From: an uncultured Gemmatimonadales bacterium
GTDB taxonomy: Bacteria; Gemmatimonadota; Gemmatimonadetes; Gemmatimonadales; Gemmatimonadaceae
Direction of reading: 5' to 3'
Assembly (NCBI GenBank): GCA_963850905.1
Contig: CAWKMU010000003.1
Location: forward strand, 2,656,001-2,720,000
Length of the DNA: 64,000 nt
The stretch's first letter is position 1; every line of letters starts with the position of its first letter. A program made the position numbers and the translations under genes. Under the pieces are notes generated by a model. That model had not been told where the DNA came from, did not search any database, and saw only the letters and a list, made by a program, of their open reading frames with translations. This document shows positions 34,044-43,749 of this stretch, piece by piece.

Positions 34044-37000
34044 GTGCGACCTGCGGCACGTCGCCTCGACCGACCGTTTGCCGCGTTCCGTGGGCTAGCG
34101 GGTTATCTTCTCGCTGCCGTTCTGTGCCAGGGGTGTAGTCGGCCATCCGGCGCCCGGAGTGTGGCGCTCGAGGAATGCGATCCGGCGGCATATATCCGTT
34201 GCATTCAGCAAGCCGCCGTCCTTTCAATTCCTGTCTCTGGAACCGGGCTGGCCCTTAGCTATTCGAGCCAGTGGAAGTCCGACGGCGCTGGTCCTGACAA
34301 ATGGGAGTCGCGTCGACTTGGCTTGGGCGGCTGGTCGATCAACGTCCTGGAGAGTTATGACACGGCGGCTCACGTGCTGGCCAGTGGGGATGGAACGTGG
34401 CGCTTGGTGCCGAGCGTCAACCTACCGGCGGGGGAGTATGCGGTGCCGAGCTTTGATGGCTCCACGGCGCACATATTCGATCGCGAGGGCCGCCACGTTC
34501 GCACAGTCGACGGGCGCTTGGGAACCCAGCTCGCAAGCTTCGGCTACGACACGGCCAGCCGCCTTGCCTCGATCAATGGATACGTTGGCGGTCACCCGGT
34601 TCATCTGGTAGTCGAGAGGGGCCCGAACGGGGTTCCGCGTGGTATCTCGGCTCCGGACGGCGGGACGACCACGCTGCAAGTGGATAGCGCGGGCGATCTG
34701 GTGCGAATCACCGACCCGGCTGGCAATGCTATTCGCGTTGGATGGAACGCCCAGGGCCTGGTCGCGTCCGAAACGGATGCCTTGGGGGCGACCCAAAGGT
34801 TCACCTACGATGACGCGGGGCGTCTGGCGACATTTACTGACGCCGACAGTGTCGTGCAGCACCTCGAGCGCAGGGCGGCTCCAAACCGGGTCGAAATCGT
34901 CGCATCGACGTCTCTTGGCAGACGGTGGGTCTACCGTGTGGAGGCCGCTGCCGACGGTAGTCGGCGCACGTTGATCGCACCCAATGGAACTACGAGCCTC
35001 GAGACCCTCGATGCCGAGGGCAGGCGCACGATCACGTACGCCGATGGGACGAAGTGGAGTGTGGGAGCGGCTCCGCACCCGACCTGGGGACGCGCGGCAC
35101 CACTGTTGACTCCAATGGTGCTGACGCGAGCTGATGGAGTTATCTCGAGGCAAGACTTGAAAGCTTCGCTCCATTCGCAGGGTGGTCTTCCCTACGTCCT
35201 CGCGGGCTCGATGACGACTACCGTGAATGGGCGATCATGGGTCGAGGCGATTGATCCCGCTCATTTGACCACGACGTGGACCGATCCAGCTGGCCGGCTC
35301 ATAACGACCACCTTTGACCCCAACGGACACATTCTCGAGCACTCTGCACCGGGCGTAGCACCACTTTCGTACGAGTATGACAAACTTGGCCGGCTCGTCA
35401 CTGTGATGCGTGGGCTCGGCAACCTCGCCGAAACGACGCGCTACGCGTACAACGCACGAAGCGGGCAGATCACCCTAACCCGGCCGGATGGGAGCAGGGA
35501 GCAGACGTTCGTTGACCGAGTTGGCCACATCGTCAGTGTGTCCCCGGGCGACAACGCCGGCGCCACCATCAGCTATGATGCGGTCGGCCGTCTCGCGGCT
35601 GTTCACAGGGCGGTGGGGATGATGTTCACCCTGGGAACCAGTAGCGCGGGGCGCCAGACGGCGTTCGCACCCCCAATGGTGCCAGGTGATTCGTCAGTCG
35701 AAACGCGCTCTTATGACGTCGACGGTCAACTCGTGTCGATCTCTGGGCTAGGTCAGCGGTCAGTCAACGTCACATATAACGAAGCAGGTAAACCTGCTGC
35801 CTGGACCTTCGATCGCGGAAGCGCCGCCGCGTCCTACGACCCCCGCTCCGGACTGACTACTCGCACCGTCGATCCCTCGGGAGTAATCACGACTTACAGT
35901 TACGTCGGAACAATGCCGAGCCTCTTGACATGGTCGGGACCAGTCAGTGGCTCGGTCTCAGAGGTGTTTGAAGCCGGAGAGCGGCCGGCAAGAGAGGTGG
36001 TGAACGGCGTCGACAGCTTGGCATTCGCCTACGATCCGGGCGGAGAACTCATAGGCCTCGGTCCGTTGACTCTGAGGCGAAGCGCCACGACCGGCCTTGT
36101 GGAGCGCGCAACGGTTGGCGTCATCGAGACAAACCAGCAATTCGACGCGAGCGGACGGATGACGCGCTCGGTGACGACCGTGCTCGGCCGGACCGTGCTC
36201 GACGATCTGTACGCGCGTGATGCATTGGGTCGACTTCGAACGGTCAGGGAGTCGACGGCGGACGGCGCACCATCGGAGACACAATATGGCTATGACAATG
36301 CCGGGCGGCTCGCGTCAGTCCGAGTCAATGGCCGCGCGGTCGAAACCGATAGGTATGATCCGGCGGGCAATCGCGTCAGGAGTACGGGGGTGCTCGGAAA
36401 CGTGTCGGCCAGTTACGACGACCGCGATCGATTGCTGACGTGGGGCGAGCGCCGCTACACGTGGAGCGCAGATGGCAAGCTACAACGTCGAGTCGACGCC
36501 GCCGGTGTAACCTCGTTTGCATATGATGACTTCGGAGCGCTTCGCGGGGTGACGCTTCCCGATGGCCGCGTGATCACCTATCTGGTCGATGCCACGCAAA
36601 GGCGCGTCGCTCGACAGGTTGCGGGCACGCTCTCCGCCGAGTACCTGTACCGACCCGATGGCGCGGTGGCGGCGGTAATCGATTCAACGGGGCACGGTGG
36701 TTCGCATCTTGGTTACGATGGGGACGGACACCTGGCTCTCGTTGTGCGATCGGGAGTCGCCTATCGCGTCATCACGGATATTGCCGGAAGTCCCCGCCTG
36801 GTCATCGACTCACAGACGGGGCGCGTGGTCGACGCGATTACTTACGACGCGTGGGGGGGCGTCATCCGAGAGACCGCGCCCGGATTCATCCCGATCGGGT
36901 TTGCCGGCGGACTACGCGACGCCTACACCGGTCTCATACGATTTGGCGCTCGCGACTACGATCCTGGTTCTGGTCGATGGACCGGTGCAGACCCACTTCG

Positions 37001-39290
37001 CTTCGCTGGCGGCGACCTCAACCTATATCGCTATGCGGCTGGCGACCCGGTCAATCGCGTCGACCCGACGGGGCTTCAGTGCGCCGAAACGGGGCGATCC
37101 TCGACCTGCTATCAGCCGAACAATGGTGGCAACTCCAACTTCCTGCCGGCTCCGTCCGGCGGCGGCTGGTGCATCGGCTTGGGGAACTGCTGGAACCAAG
37201 TGCCGCCGAGGAATCTTCCCCCGGAGCAGCCGCCAGCCCCGCCAACACCACCTCCTGGTCCAGGCGGCGGCGGCGGTGGCAAGCCCTGGTCCTGTTCTGG
37301 GTTCGTCTGTACCGGGCCCAATAACGCGACCTGTGTGTTTGGCAGCTGCGGGTACGGCCCCGGGGGATTTCAGTGCTGGGGGTTCGTCTGCAATGGCCCC
37401 GACAACCAAACCTGCGTGTTGTGCTCGATGGGCGACACGCACGTGGTGACAGTCGGCGGGACCCACTTCGACTTCCAAGCGGCAGGGGAATTTCTCGTTG
37501 CCGCCTCCGCTGACGGCTCAACCGTGATTCAGGGCCGCCAGGAGCCCGTGTCGGGCGGGACCAATGTCACCTTCAACACCGCTGTGGCGGCAAGCGTCAA
37601 TGGCGATCTGGTAGGAGTTTACGCGAGAGAGCCGGCATTTCTCGTGGTCAACGGTGCGCCAATGAGTGAGACGAGCACGGATCGGCGTCTGCCCCACGGC
37701 GGGACGGTCGAGCGTCGTGGTGCTCTCGTCGTCCTGAGCTGGCCGAACGGCGATCAGCTCGCCATCACTCGGACGGCAAACACGCTGAATTACAGCTTCG
37801 GCGAGGTTGGCGGAGCCACGCACACGATGACAGGCCTGTTGGCCAGTGCACACGAGGACGAACTCGGCGCCGTCACGGGACGCAATGGAACGACGCTCCA
37901 GCTATCGGATCCGATGTTCCATTCAAAGGTATACCAGCAGTTCGGCAACAGCTGGCGGATCAAGCAATCCGAGTCACTTTTCCACTACTGGCCCGGAGAG
38001 AGCTCGGCCAAGTTCACAGATCTAAAGATTCCGTCGCGTCCAGCAACGGTTTCGTCGTTGACGGCGGCCGTGAGCGGCAAGGCCGCGTCTGTCTGTCGGG
38101 CTCTTGGCGTGCATCGCCAGCCGCTACTCAATGATTGCATCTTGGATGTTGGAAAGACCGGAGCTCCAGACTTCGCAACTGCGGTCGCCACAATCGCCGC
38201 CAACTGGACCCAATGGCGAGGAGAGGCACCACTGCCCGTGTCAGCGCACCCACCGGCGGCCGCGCCTGGCTCAGCGTCTACGACTGTCCCCGAGGCTGTG
38301 GTGCCTGATCGCTACAATATTGCGACGGGAGACAGCGTTGCGCCTGACCGGCCTGTGCGAGGGGCGGGGATCATCACGCATCGCGGACAAACGCAGACGT
38401 ATTCATTCATCGCGAAAGCTGGTGAGATCTGGTATGTCGGGATTGGTCCTTGTAGCGGCGCTCCGATCAGCTTTGATCTCCGCGATCCAAAGGGCAAATC
38501 GATCGCAAGTCGGACCGGCTGCGGTGACAATCTCGGGCCCCTAACGACCGGCGACAGCGGCACCTACAGCATCGTTGCGACCGCCGACAGCGCTGCTCGC
38601 TATGCGTTCAGTTTGCGCGCTACGCGGCTCGACAGCTATAGGATCGCGATCGGCGATAGTGTTGGCTCGAACCGTCCATCTGCAGGAGCAGGGGTCATCG
38701 CCACTCCTGGCGAGCGACAGTGGTTCACTTTTTCTGCGACACGGGGGGCGATTGTCTACGTCAAGGTCGGCCCGTGCGACGGGGCGGCAATGAGTTTCGA
38801 TCTCACGACGGTGAGCGGTGCGTTCGTCGGCGGCAAGAGTGGTTGCAACGACCTTGGCCCGATGACGCTACCAGCCGGCGGCGCGTACCGAATCACGACC
38901 AGTGCTGGTCCGGGGACGGCAAACTACAGGTTTGTGCTGTTGGGGACCACTCTAGACCGGTACACGATCAAGATCGGAGACACCGTGTCCCCGGGTCATC
39001 CCACCGGCGGAGGTGGTATCATCAGTCACCTAGGGGAACGCCAGTGGTATTCATTTTCAGCGCCCGCAGGCGCCACTGTGACCGTCAAGGTCGGACCCTG
39101 TGCCGGGGCGCCAATGACCTTTGACCTCGTGAGTGAAGGCGGTAAATGGCTGGGCGGCAAGGACGCGTGCGGCGACTTTGGTCCGATGAGCCTGCCGTCC
39201 GCTGGAACATATCGCATCGTGACTAGTGCTGACCGTGGCAGCGCTCGCTACACTTTCTCGCTATTGAAGGCGACCGCGGGCCTGCAATGA
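34044..39290 (+). CDS. Teneurin-like YD/RHS repeat protein with C-terminal VWD domain and three Ig/PPC-like repeats; probable lipoprotein
   Basis: LCQG-C lipobox-like signal; YD repeats; RHS core FGARDYDPGSGRWTGADP...PVNRVDPTG; GDTH..GTHFDFQAAGEF (VWD); three ~108-aa repeats. Confidence 0.85.
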   Translation: MRPAARRLDRPFAAFRGLAGYLLAAVLCQGCSRPSGARSVALEECDPAAYIRCIQQAAVLSIPVSGTGLALSYSSQWKSDGAGPDKWESRRLGLGGWSINVLESYDTAAHVLASGDGTWRLVPSVNLPAGEYAVPSFDGSTAHIFDREGRHVRTVDGRLGTQLASFGYDTASRLASINGYVGGHPVHLVVERGPNGVPRGISAPDGGTTTLQVDSAGDLVRITDPAGNAIRVGWNAQGLVASETDALGATQRFTYDDAGRLATFTDADSVVQHLERRAAPNRVEIVASTSLGRRWVYRVEAAADGSRRTLIAPNGTTSLETLDAEGRRTITYADGTKWSVGAAPHPTWGRAAPLLTPMVLTRADGVISRQDLKASLHSQGGLPYVLAGSMTTTVNGRSWVEAIDPAHLTTTWTDPAGRLITTTFDPNGHILEHSAPGVAPLSYEYDKLGRLVTVMRGLGNLAETTRYAYNARSGQITLTRPDGSREQTFVDRVGHIVSVSPGDNAGATISYDAVGRLAAVHRAVGMMFTLGTSSAGRQTAFAPPMVPGDSSVETRSYDVDGQLVSISGLGQRSVNVTYNEAGKPAAWTFDRGSAAASYDPRSGLTTRTVDPSGVITTYSYVGTMPSLLTWSGPVSGSVSEVFEAGERPAREVVNGVDSLAFAYDPGGELIGLGPLTLRRSATTGLVERATVGVIETNQQFDASGRMTRSVTTVLGRTVLDDLYARDALGRLRTVRESTADGAPSETQYGYDNAGRLASVRVNGRAVETDRYDPAGNRVRSTGVLGNVSASYDDRDRLLTWGERRYTWSADGKLQRRVDAAGVTSFAYDDFGALRGVTLPDGRVITYLVDATQRRVARQVAGTLSAEYLYRPDGAVAAVIDSTGHGGSHLGYDGDGHLALVVRSGVAYRVITDIAGSPRLVIDSQTGRVVDAITYDAWGGVIRETAPGFIPIGFAGGLRDAYTGLIRFGARDYDPGSGRWTGADPLRFAGGDLNLYRYAAGDPVNRVDPTGLQCAETGRSSTCYQPNNGGNSNFLPAPSGGGWCIGLGNCWNQVPPRNLPPEQPPAPPTPPPGPGGGGGGKPWSCSGFVCTGPNNATCVFGSCGYGPGGFQCWGFVCNGPDNQTCVLCSMGDTHVVTVGGTHFDFQAAGEFLVAASADGSTVIQGRQEPVSGGTNVTFNTAVAASVNGDLVGVYAREPAFLVVNGAPMSETSTDRRLPHGGTVERRGALVVLSWPNGDQLAITRTANTLNYSFGEVGGATHTMTGLLASAHEDELGAVTGRNGTTLQLSDPMFHSKVYQQFGNSWRIKQSESLFHYWPGESSAKFTDLKIPSRPATVSSLTAAVSGKAASVCRALGVHRQPLLNDCILDVGKTGAPDFATAVATIAANWTQWRGEAPLPVSAHPPAAAPGSASTTVPEAVVPDRYNIATGDSVAPDRPVRGAGIITHRGQTQTYSFIAKAGEIWYVGIGPCSGAPISFDLRDPKGKSIASRTGCGDNLGPLTTGDSGTYSIVATADSAARYAFSLRATRLDSYRIAIGDSVGSNRPSAGAGVIATPGERQWFTFSATRGAIVYVKVGPCDGAAMSFDLTTVSGAFVGGKSGCNDLGPMTLPAGGAYRITTSAGPGTANYRFVLLGTTLDRYTIKIGDTVSPGHPTGGGGIISHLGERQWYSFSAPAGATVTVKVGPCAGAPMTFDLVSEGGKWLGGKDACGDFGPMSLPSAGTYRIVTSADRGSARYTFSLLKATAGLQ

Positions 39291-39395
39291 GGTACCCACA
39301 GAGGTACCCAAACTTGCGCCGTTTCGCACCGCGCCGTGCCGCGTTACGCCTAGTCTTCAGAGGGAAACTCAAGATCTAGTGCGGGCGAGTCTGAT

Positions 39396-39436
39396 CTCAT
39401 AATGCCGGGGTCGCGGGTTCGAGTCCCGCCCCTGCT
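39396..39436 (+). repeat. attR: displaced 3' half of tRNA-Met
   Basis: Identical to 33806-33846, with no D-arm or 5' acceptor strand upstream. Confidence 0.9.
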
Positions 39437-39662
39437 GTTCTGCCAAGGCTTGCGACCAGTGTCAGTTACGGGCCTTTCTGCATCCGTTTCATCGGGTGCG
39501 ACCGATGATATCGGTGATGCTGACGATGTCGCCGCCGAAATCCAACGCGGCATGTTCGTGCCGGCGTGCATAGATGCCACTGTCTTGCTACGAGGTGCCT
39601 CTCCTTTGAGCAGACCTGGCTGGCTTCGGCCCCGATCAGCCCAGCGCCGGCGATGAGTTGAA

Positions 39663-40010
39663 CTAGCGGCCGCTCAGCTTGAACTCCCAGCCCCATTCGT
39701 TGCCGCCATCCTTCATATCAGTGATGAATTGGGTGAGGTAGGACGCCAGTTTATCCGGCGCAATCTCTTCCCCGTCGTCGTTGACGAACGAATTCCCCGT
39801 TCGACGTATGCCATAAGATCCCGCAAGATCCGGCGCCGTCACGGCGCACAGCTTGATGTTCGCCTCGCCCAAGGGCTTGGAGAAGGAAAGACTCTTTCCC
39901 GACGCATCGCAGAAGACGTCAGTCTGGGTTCCCTTCTGAACGGTTACCATGAGACTCACAAGCTTCGGGAGATTCGAGTCTATGATTCTCCATGCCTCGC
40001 GTTCATTCAT
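39663..40010 (-). CDS. Hypothetical protein (115 aa)
   Basis: Protein-like composition with an upstream GGAG; no motif recognised. Confidence 0.6.
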   Translation of the reverse strand: MNEREAWRIIDSNLPKLVSLMVTVQKGTQTDVFCDASGKSLSFSKPLGEANIKLCAVTAPDLAGSYGIRRTGNSFVNDDGEEIAPDKLASYLTQFITDMKDGGNEWGWEFKLSGR

Positions 40011-40539
40011 GTTGCATCACTCCAATTGAGAGTTGCCGTGCCCCTGTGCGGCAACATTGGGCAGGACCTTTTTCGTGTCCGAATTAAAGCCACGGTAGCG
40101 TAGCGTGAAATGAGCCGCCGCCTTGAGCACCTGACCGACGACTTGAAATCGGGCCTGACTGTGGGGCTGACACTGTCGCCACACGTCTGTTCTCGCAGCA
40201 TCTAAACTGCCGCGCCGCCGTCAGGGCAGGAAGGGCGCCGGCCGGTGGCGGTTGCGTGAGCGACTCTAAGGATCGAAAGGGCGCTCGAGTGGCTGGTCTC
40301 AGCCGCTCAGTAGGACAGGCCAGCGGGCAAAGGCCGCTTTGGTGGCGGCGTCTGATGCATTGATCCATCATTATTGCCCTCATGCGTTGTGCGGCACTCC
40401 AGAGATCAGGCCCAATTATGACCGATCAAGGCGCCGGCGACATGGCGAGCGAACTGGCTCGCGCTTCCGAGCGACGCAGCTATGCATCGTACTTCAATTG
40501 GCCCGACGCTGTCGTTGAAGAACGTGGTGTGGCGCGAGG

Positions 40540-42012
40540 ATGAAGCCCGCGAGTGCCGGACCCGCCCTTGCTGCGTCGCCAGCGACTGAGCTCGCCCAAG
40601 CCGAGGCGCGCGTGGAGGCGCAAAGCGCGTCGCTCAAGAAAGAACTCGGCCTCCGCGACCTCGTCCTCACGCAGATCCTCGTCATCGTCGGGCTCTCCTG
40701 GATCGGCGTCGCGGGGAAGTTGGGACCGTCGCACGCCGTCTTCTGGCTGCTCGCCCTTGTGCTCTTCTACGTACCATCGGCGGCCGTGGTCATGTACCTC
40801 AGCCGGCTGATGCCGCTCGAGGGCGGGTTGTATCAGTGGGCGAAGCTCGGCTTCAGCGACACGGTCGGCTTCATGCTCGCGTGGAACCTCTGGCTGTACG
40901 TCATCGTGTTCACGTCGGAGGTCGGCGTGGAGTGCGCGACGTACCTGTCGTACGCGCTGGGGCCGAACGCGGCGTGGATGACGACGAGCACCTGGTTTGT
41001 GGCGTTGTCTAACGCCGCGATTCTCTCGCTGATGGTCGTGATGTCGACAATCGGGTTGTCGATCGGAAAGTGGTTACACAATGCGGGCGGCGTCATGATG
41101 CTCCTGATCTTCGGCGCCTTGCTTGTGCTACCCGCGCTCGGCCTGATTAGCGGACGACTCCACGACTATCATCCACTTCGCGCGAGCATTCCTTCGTTCT
41201 CGCTGTTCAACCTCAACATTCTTGGCAAGCTCGGCTTCGGTGCCCTGGGCGGATTCGAGTACGTCGCCATCCTCGCAGGCGAGACCAGATCACCCGGGCG
41301 ATCGGTCGCGCGATCAGTGCTCATCGCGGCGCCGATCATCGCGTTGATGTTCGTGCTCGGCACGGGCGCCGTCGTTGCGTACGTCCCAACGAACGACATT
41401 GATCTGGTGGGGCCAGTGCCTCAGGTCCTCCGCGTTGGGTTCGGCCCGTTCGGCATCGCCGGACAACTCGTAACCGTCGCGATCCTGATGACGCTTACCA
41501 TGCGCATTGGCCAGGCGAGCGTCAGCTTCACGGCCGTGACGCGCTTGCCGATGGTCGCGGGCTGGGACCGCCTGCTGCCGCTCTGGTTCAGCCGGTTGCA
41601 CGCCACGTATCGGACGCCAGTGAACTCGATCATGGTCGTTGGCGCGTGCTCATTCGGCATCGCGTTGTTGAGCCTCGTGGGGGTCCGGCAGGCGGAGTCG
41701 TTCCAACTGTTGAACAGCGCGAGCGGAATATTCTATGCATTGACGTACGTCGTGATGTTCGCGATCCCCTTGTTCGGCCTTCGGGGCGTGGTGCCGCGGC
41801 CATCGGTATGGCTGCAGGCGGCCGCGATGTCGGGGCTTCTAATGACACTCCTCTACGTCACGCTCTCGGTGTTTCCGATCATCAAAGTGGAGAGCGTGGC
41901 GGGATTCGCGCTCAAGATCTCACTCGTGATCGCGGGGATGAACGTCGTGGGGATCGGCATCCTCGCCTCGGCGCGCCGGCGATCGGCACGGCTTGCGGTG
42001 GTTGGGGCCTGA
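40540..42012 (+). CDS. APC-family amino acid permease
   Basis: LKKELGLRDL, EGGLYQW, GGFEYVAILAGE; about 12 TM segments. Confidence 0.92.
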   Translation: MKPASAGPALAASPATELAQAEARVEAQSASLKKELGLRDLVLTQILVIVGLSWIGVAGKLGPSHAVFWLLALVLFYVPSAAVVMYLSRLMPLEGGLYQWAKLGFSDTVGFMLAWNLWLYVIVFTSEVGVECATYLSYALGPNAAWMTTSTWFVALSNAAILSLMVVMSTIGLSIGKWLHNAGGVMMLLIFGALLVLPALGLISGRLHDYHPLRASIPSFSLFNLNILGKLGFGALGGFEYVAILAGETRSPGRSVARSVLIAAPIIALMFVLGTGAVVAYVPTNDIDLVGPVPQVLRVGFGPFGIAGQLVTVAILMTLTMRIGQASVSFTAVTRLPMVAGWDRLLPLWFSRLHATYRTPVNSIMVVGACSFGIALLSLVGVRQAESFQLLNSASGIFYALTYVVMFAIPLFGLRGVVPRPSVWLQAAAMSGLLMTLLYVTLSVFPIIKVESVAGFALKISLVIAGMNVVGIGILASARRRSARLAVVGA

Positions 42013-42023
42013 GCCGGGCAGCA

Positions 42024-42347
42024 ACTGCGCTGGGTGCACGGTCTCTCCTATGGCGAGATCGCGACGAAACTCCACAACGCTCCTCGGACGGTTGAGCGCC
42101 AGCTCGCCTTGGCGGACAAAGCGCTCCGAACCTATCTACCGATGATCCGACCGCAGCGATAGCTGTCGGTTCAGCCAGCGGGTGGTCGATTGTGGGTTTG
42201 CGGCCCCTCAGTCGTTACTTGAGTGTGGAGACTCAAGACGACAGGCGTCGATGAATCCGCGTGACTCGGTTGGTTGGATCCTGGTCGACCGCTTTCTGGC
42301 CGGAGAATGCTCCCCGGCGGAAGCAGAGAGCGTTCGAGAACGAGCAC
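42024..42347 (+). pseudogene. Duplicated fragment: ECF 3' end, intergenic region and fecR 5' end (copy of 44221-44544)
   Basis: 324-bp ungapped direct repeat with about 11 substitutions by manual comparison. Confidence 0.9.
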
Positions 42348-42453
42348 CGATCTGCACACGACCATCGGGCCGATCGCAGAAGCTGTGTCGAGCACGTGTT
42401 CGAATACACAAGCTGAGCAAAGGATTCGAATCACCCACATGGGAGGGGCAGTG

Positions 42454-43605
42454 ATGAAAGCGAGCCTGCTTCACGGTGGCCTCCGGGTCACGCCAATGCC
42501 AATCCGTGCTGCGGCAATGGTGGCAGCGTTGTCTGCCGCGGTCATGGTTCCCTCGGCCCTCGCACAACAGGCGCAGACCTCGTCCTTTACCGTTGGCACC
42601 GCGACCGCACAACCTGGCGCACTCGCGACTGGTGTGGTTGTTGTGCCGCCAGGTTCAGATTCGGGGCTTTCCATCCCCGTTGCGGTGATTCGCGGCGCCC
42701 ATGTCGGCCCCGTCATCACCTTCATGGCCGGAACTCACGGGACTGAATACGCCTCGGAGGTTGCGCTCCAGCAACTGATCACCCGCGTCGACGCCAAACA
42801 GCTCGCAGGCACGGTGATCGTCGTTCCGATCGTCAATATCCCGTCGTTCGAGACGATGACGCCGCATTTGAATCCGGTCGATCGCAAGAGCATGGCAGGA
42901 GGGGTGGGCGATCCATTGGGGACACAAAGCCCGCGCACGTTGGCGATCATGTTGCAACAAATTATTGTCCCCGCTGACGTCGTGGTCGATCTCCATGGTG
43001 GAGACCTCGACGAGAACCTGCGCGCCTACAGTTACTGGAATCGCACCGGGCATGCGAGCCAGGACTCGGCATCCCTGCGGCTAGTGCGGGCCTTCGGGAT
43101 GAGCACTGTTCTCGTCACCAACGCGAACATTGATGGGCCAAATTCGGGTCACCCCTATGGAGGCTACGCGCTCAAGAACGGCAAAACGCTGCTCGTTGCA
43201 GAAGCGGGACGTACCGGCACCGTGGCGCCCGCGGATGTGGCGGCGCTCGTGAACGGATCGCTCAATGTCTTGGACGCGCTTCACATGATCAAGCACCCCT
43301 CAACGCCAGTAACCCAGATCAGATGGCTCGAGGGCCCTGGCAAGACCATCACCGCAGATAGTGCAGGAATGTTCTTCGCGTCGGTTGATCGCGACACCCG
43401 GGTGACCGCGGGCCAGGTCGTCGGGTACACAACAGACTTCCTCGGTCATAAAACAGGTGATGTTCGGGCGCCGATCGATGGCCTCGTAACGTACATCCGA
43501 GGCGTCCCATCAATGTGGCCGAAAGCCGTGCTATTCGGCGTCATCCCAGTCATGCCAGGTGCACCACCGCCATGGCAAGCGCCTGCCCCAGTCGCTGCTC
43601 GCTAG
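42454..43605 (+). CDS. Secreted succinylglutamate desuccinylase/aspartoacylase (M14-like) protein
   Basis: Signal peptide, AGTHGTE, VDLHGG, EAG; GGAGG RBS. Confidence 0.85.
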   Translation: MKASLLHGGLRVTPMPIRAAAMVAALSAAVMVPSALAQQAQTSSFTVGTATAQPGALATGVVVVPPGSDSGLSIPVAVIRGAHVGPVITFMAGTHGTEYASEVALQQLITRVDAKQLAGTVIVVPIVNIPSFETMTPHLNPVDRKSMAGGVGDPLGTQSPRTLAIMLQQIIVPADVVVDLHGGDLDENLRAYSYWNRTGHASQDSASLRLVRAFGMSTVLVTNANIDGPNSGHPYGGYALKNGKTLLVAEAGRTGTVAPADVAALVNGSLNVLDALHMIKHPSTPVTQIRWLEGPGKTITADSAGMFFASVDRDTRVTAGQVVGYTTDFLGHKTGDVRAPIDGLVTYIRGVPSMWPKAVLFGVIPVMPGAPPPWQAPAPVAAR

Positions 43606-43749
43606 CAGAAGGTTGAGAGCTGTGTTGTCAGCGAACTAAAGACGAGGGCTCGTCATCTCTAGTCGGGGCGAGCCCCGGCGTCGCGCCGTGTGAGGCGCCA
43701 AAGTGTGAATGGTCCGTGGCGGCTATTGCGGCCCAGATGCGCCCGTTGC

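Larger units (their letters stand above)
33806..39436. mobile_element. tRNA-Met-integrated genomic island without an integrase
   Basis: Exact 41-bp direct repeat CTCATAATGCCGGGGTCGCGGGTTCGAGTCCCGCCCCTGCT at 33806-33846 and 39396-39436. Confidence 0.85.

Noticed and set aside
34044..39290. Classical Rhs toxin-immunity pair
   Set aside because: No PAAR/VgrG or TcA partner, no recognisable toxin domain, and no ORF between the stop codon and attR.
39396..39436. A third tRNA-Met gene
   Set aside because: Only the 3' half is present; treated as an att site.
43662..43690. Additional REP copy (GTCGGGGCGAGCCCCGGCGTCGCGC)
   Set aside because: Too degenerate: it lacks GTAG and the palindrome is broken.
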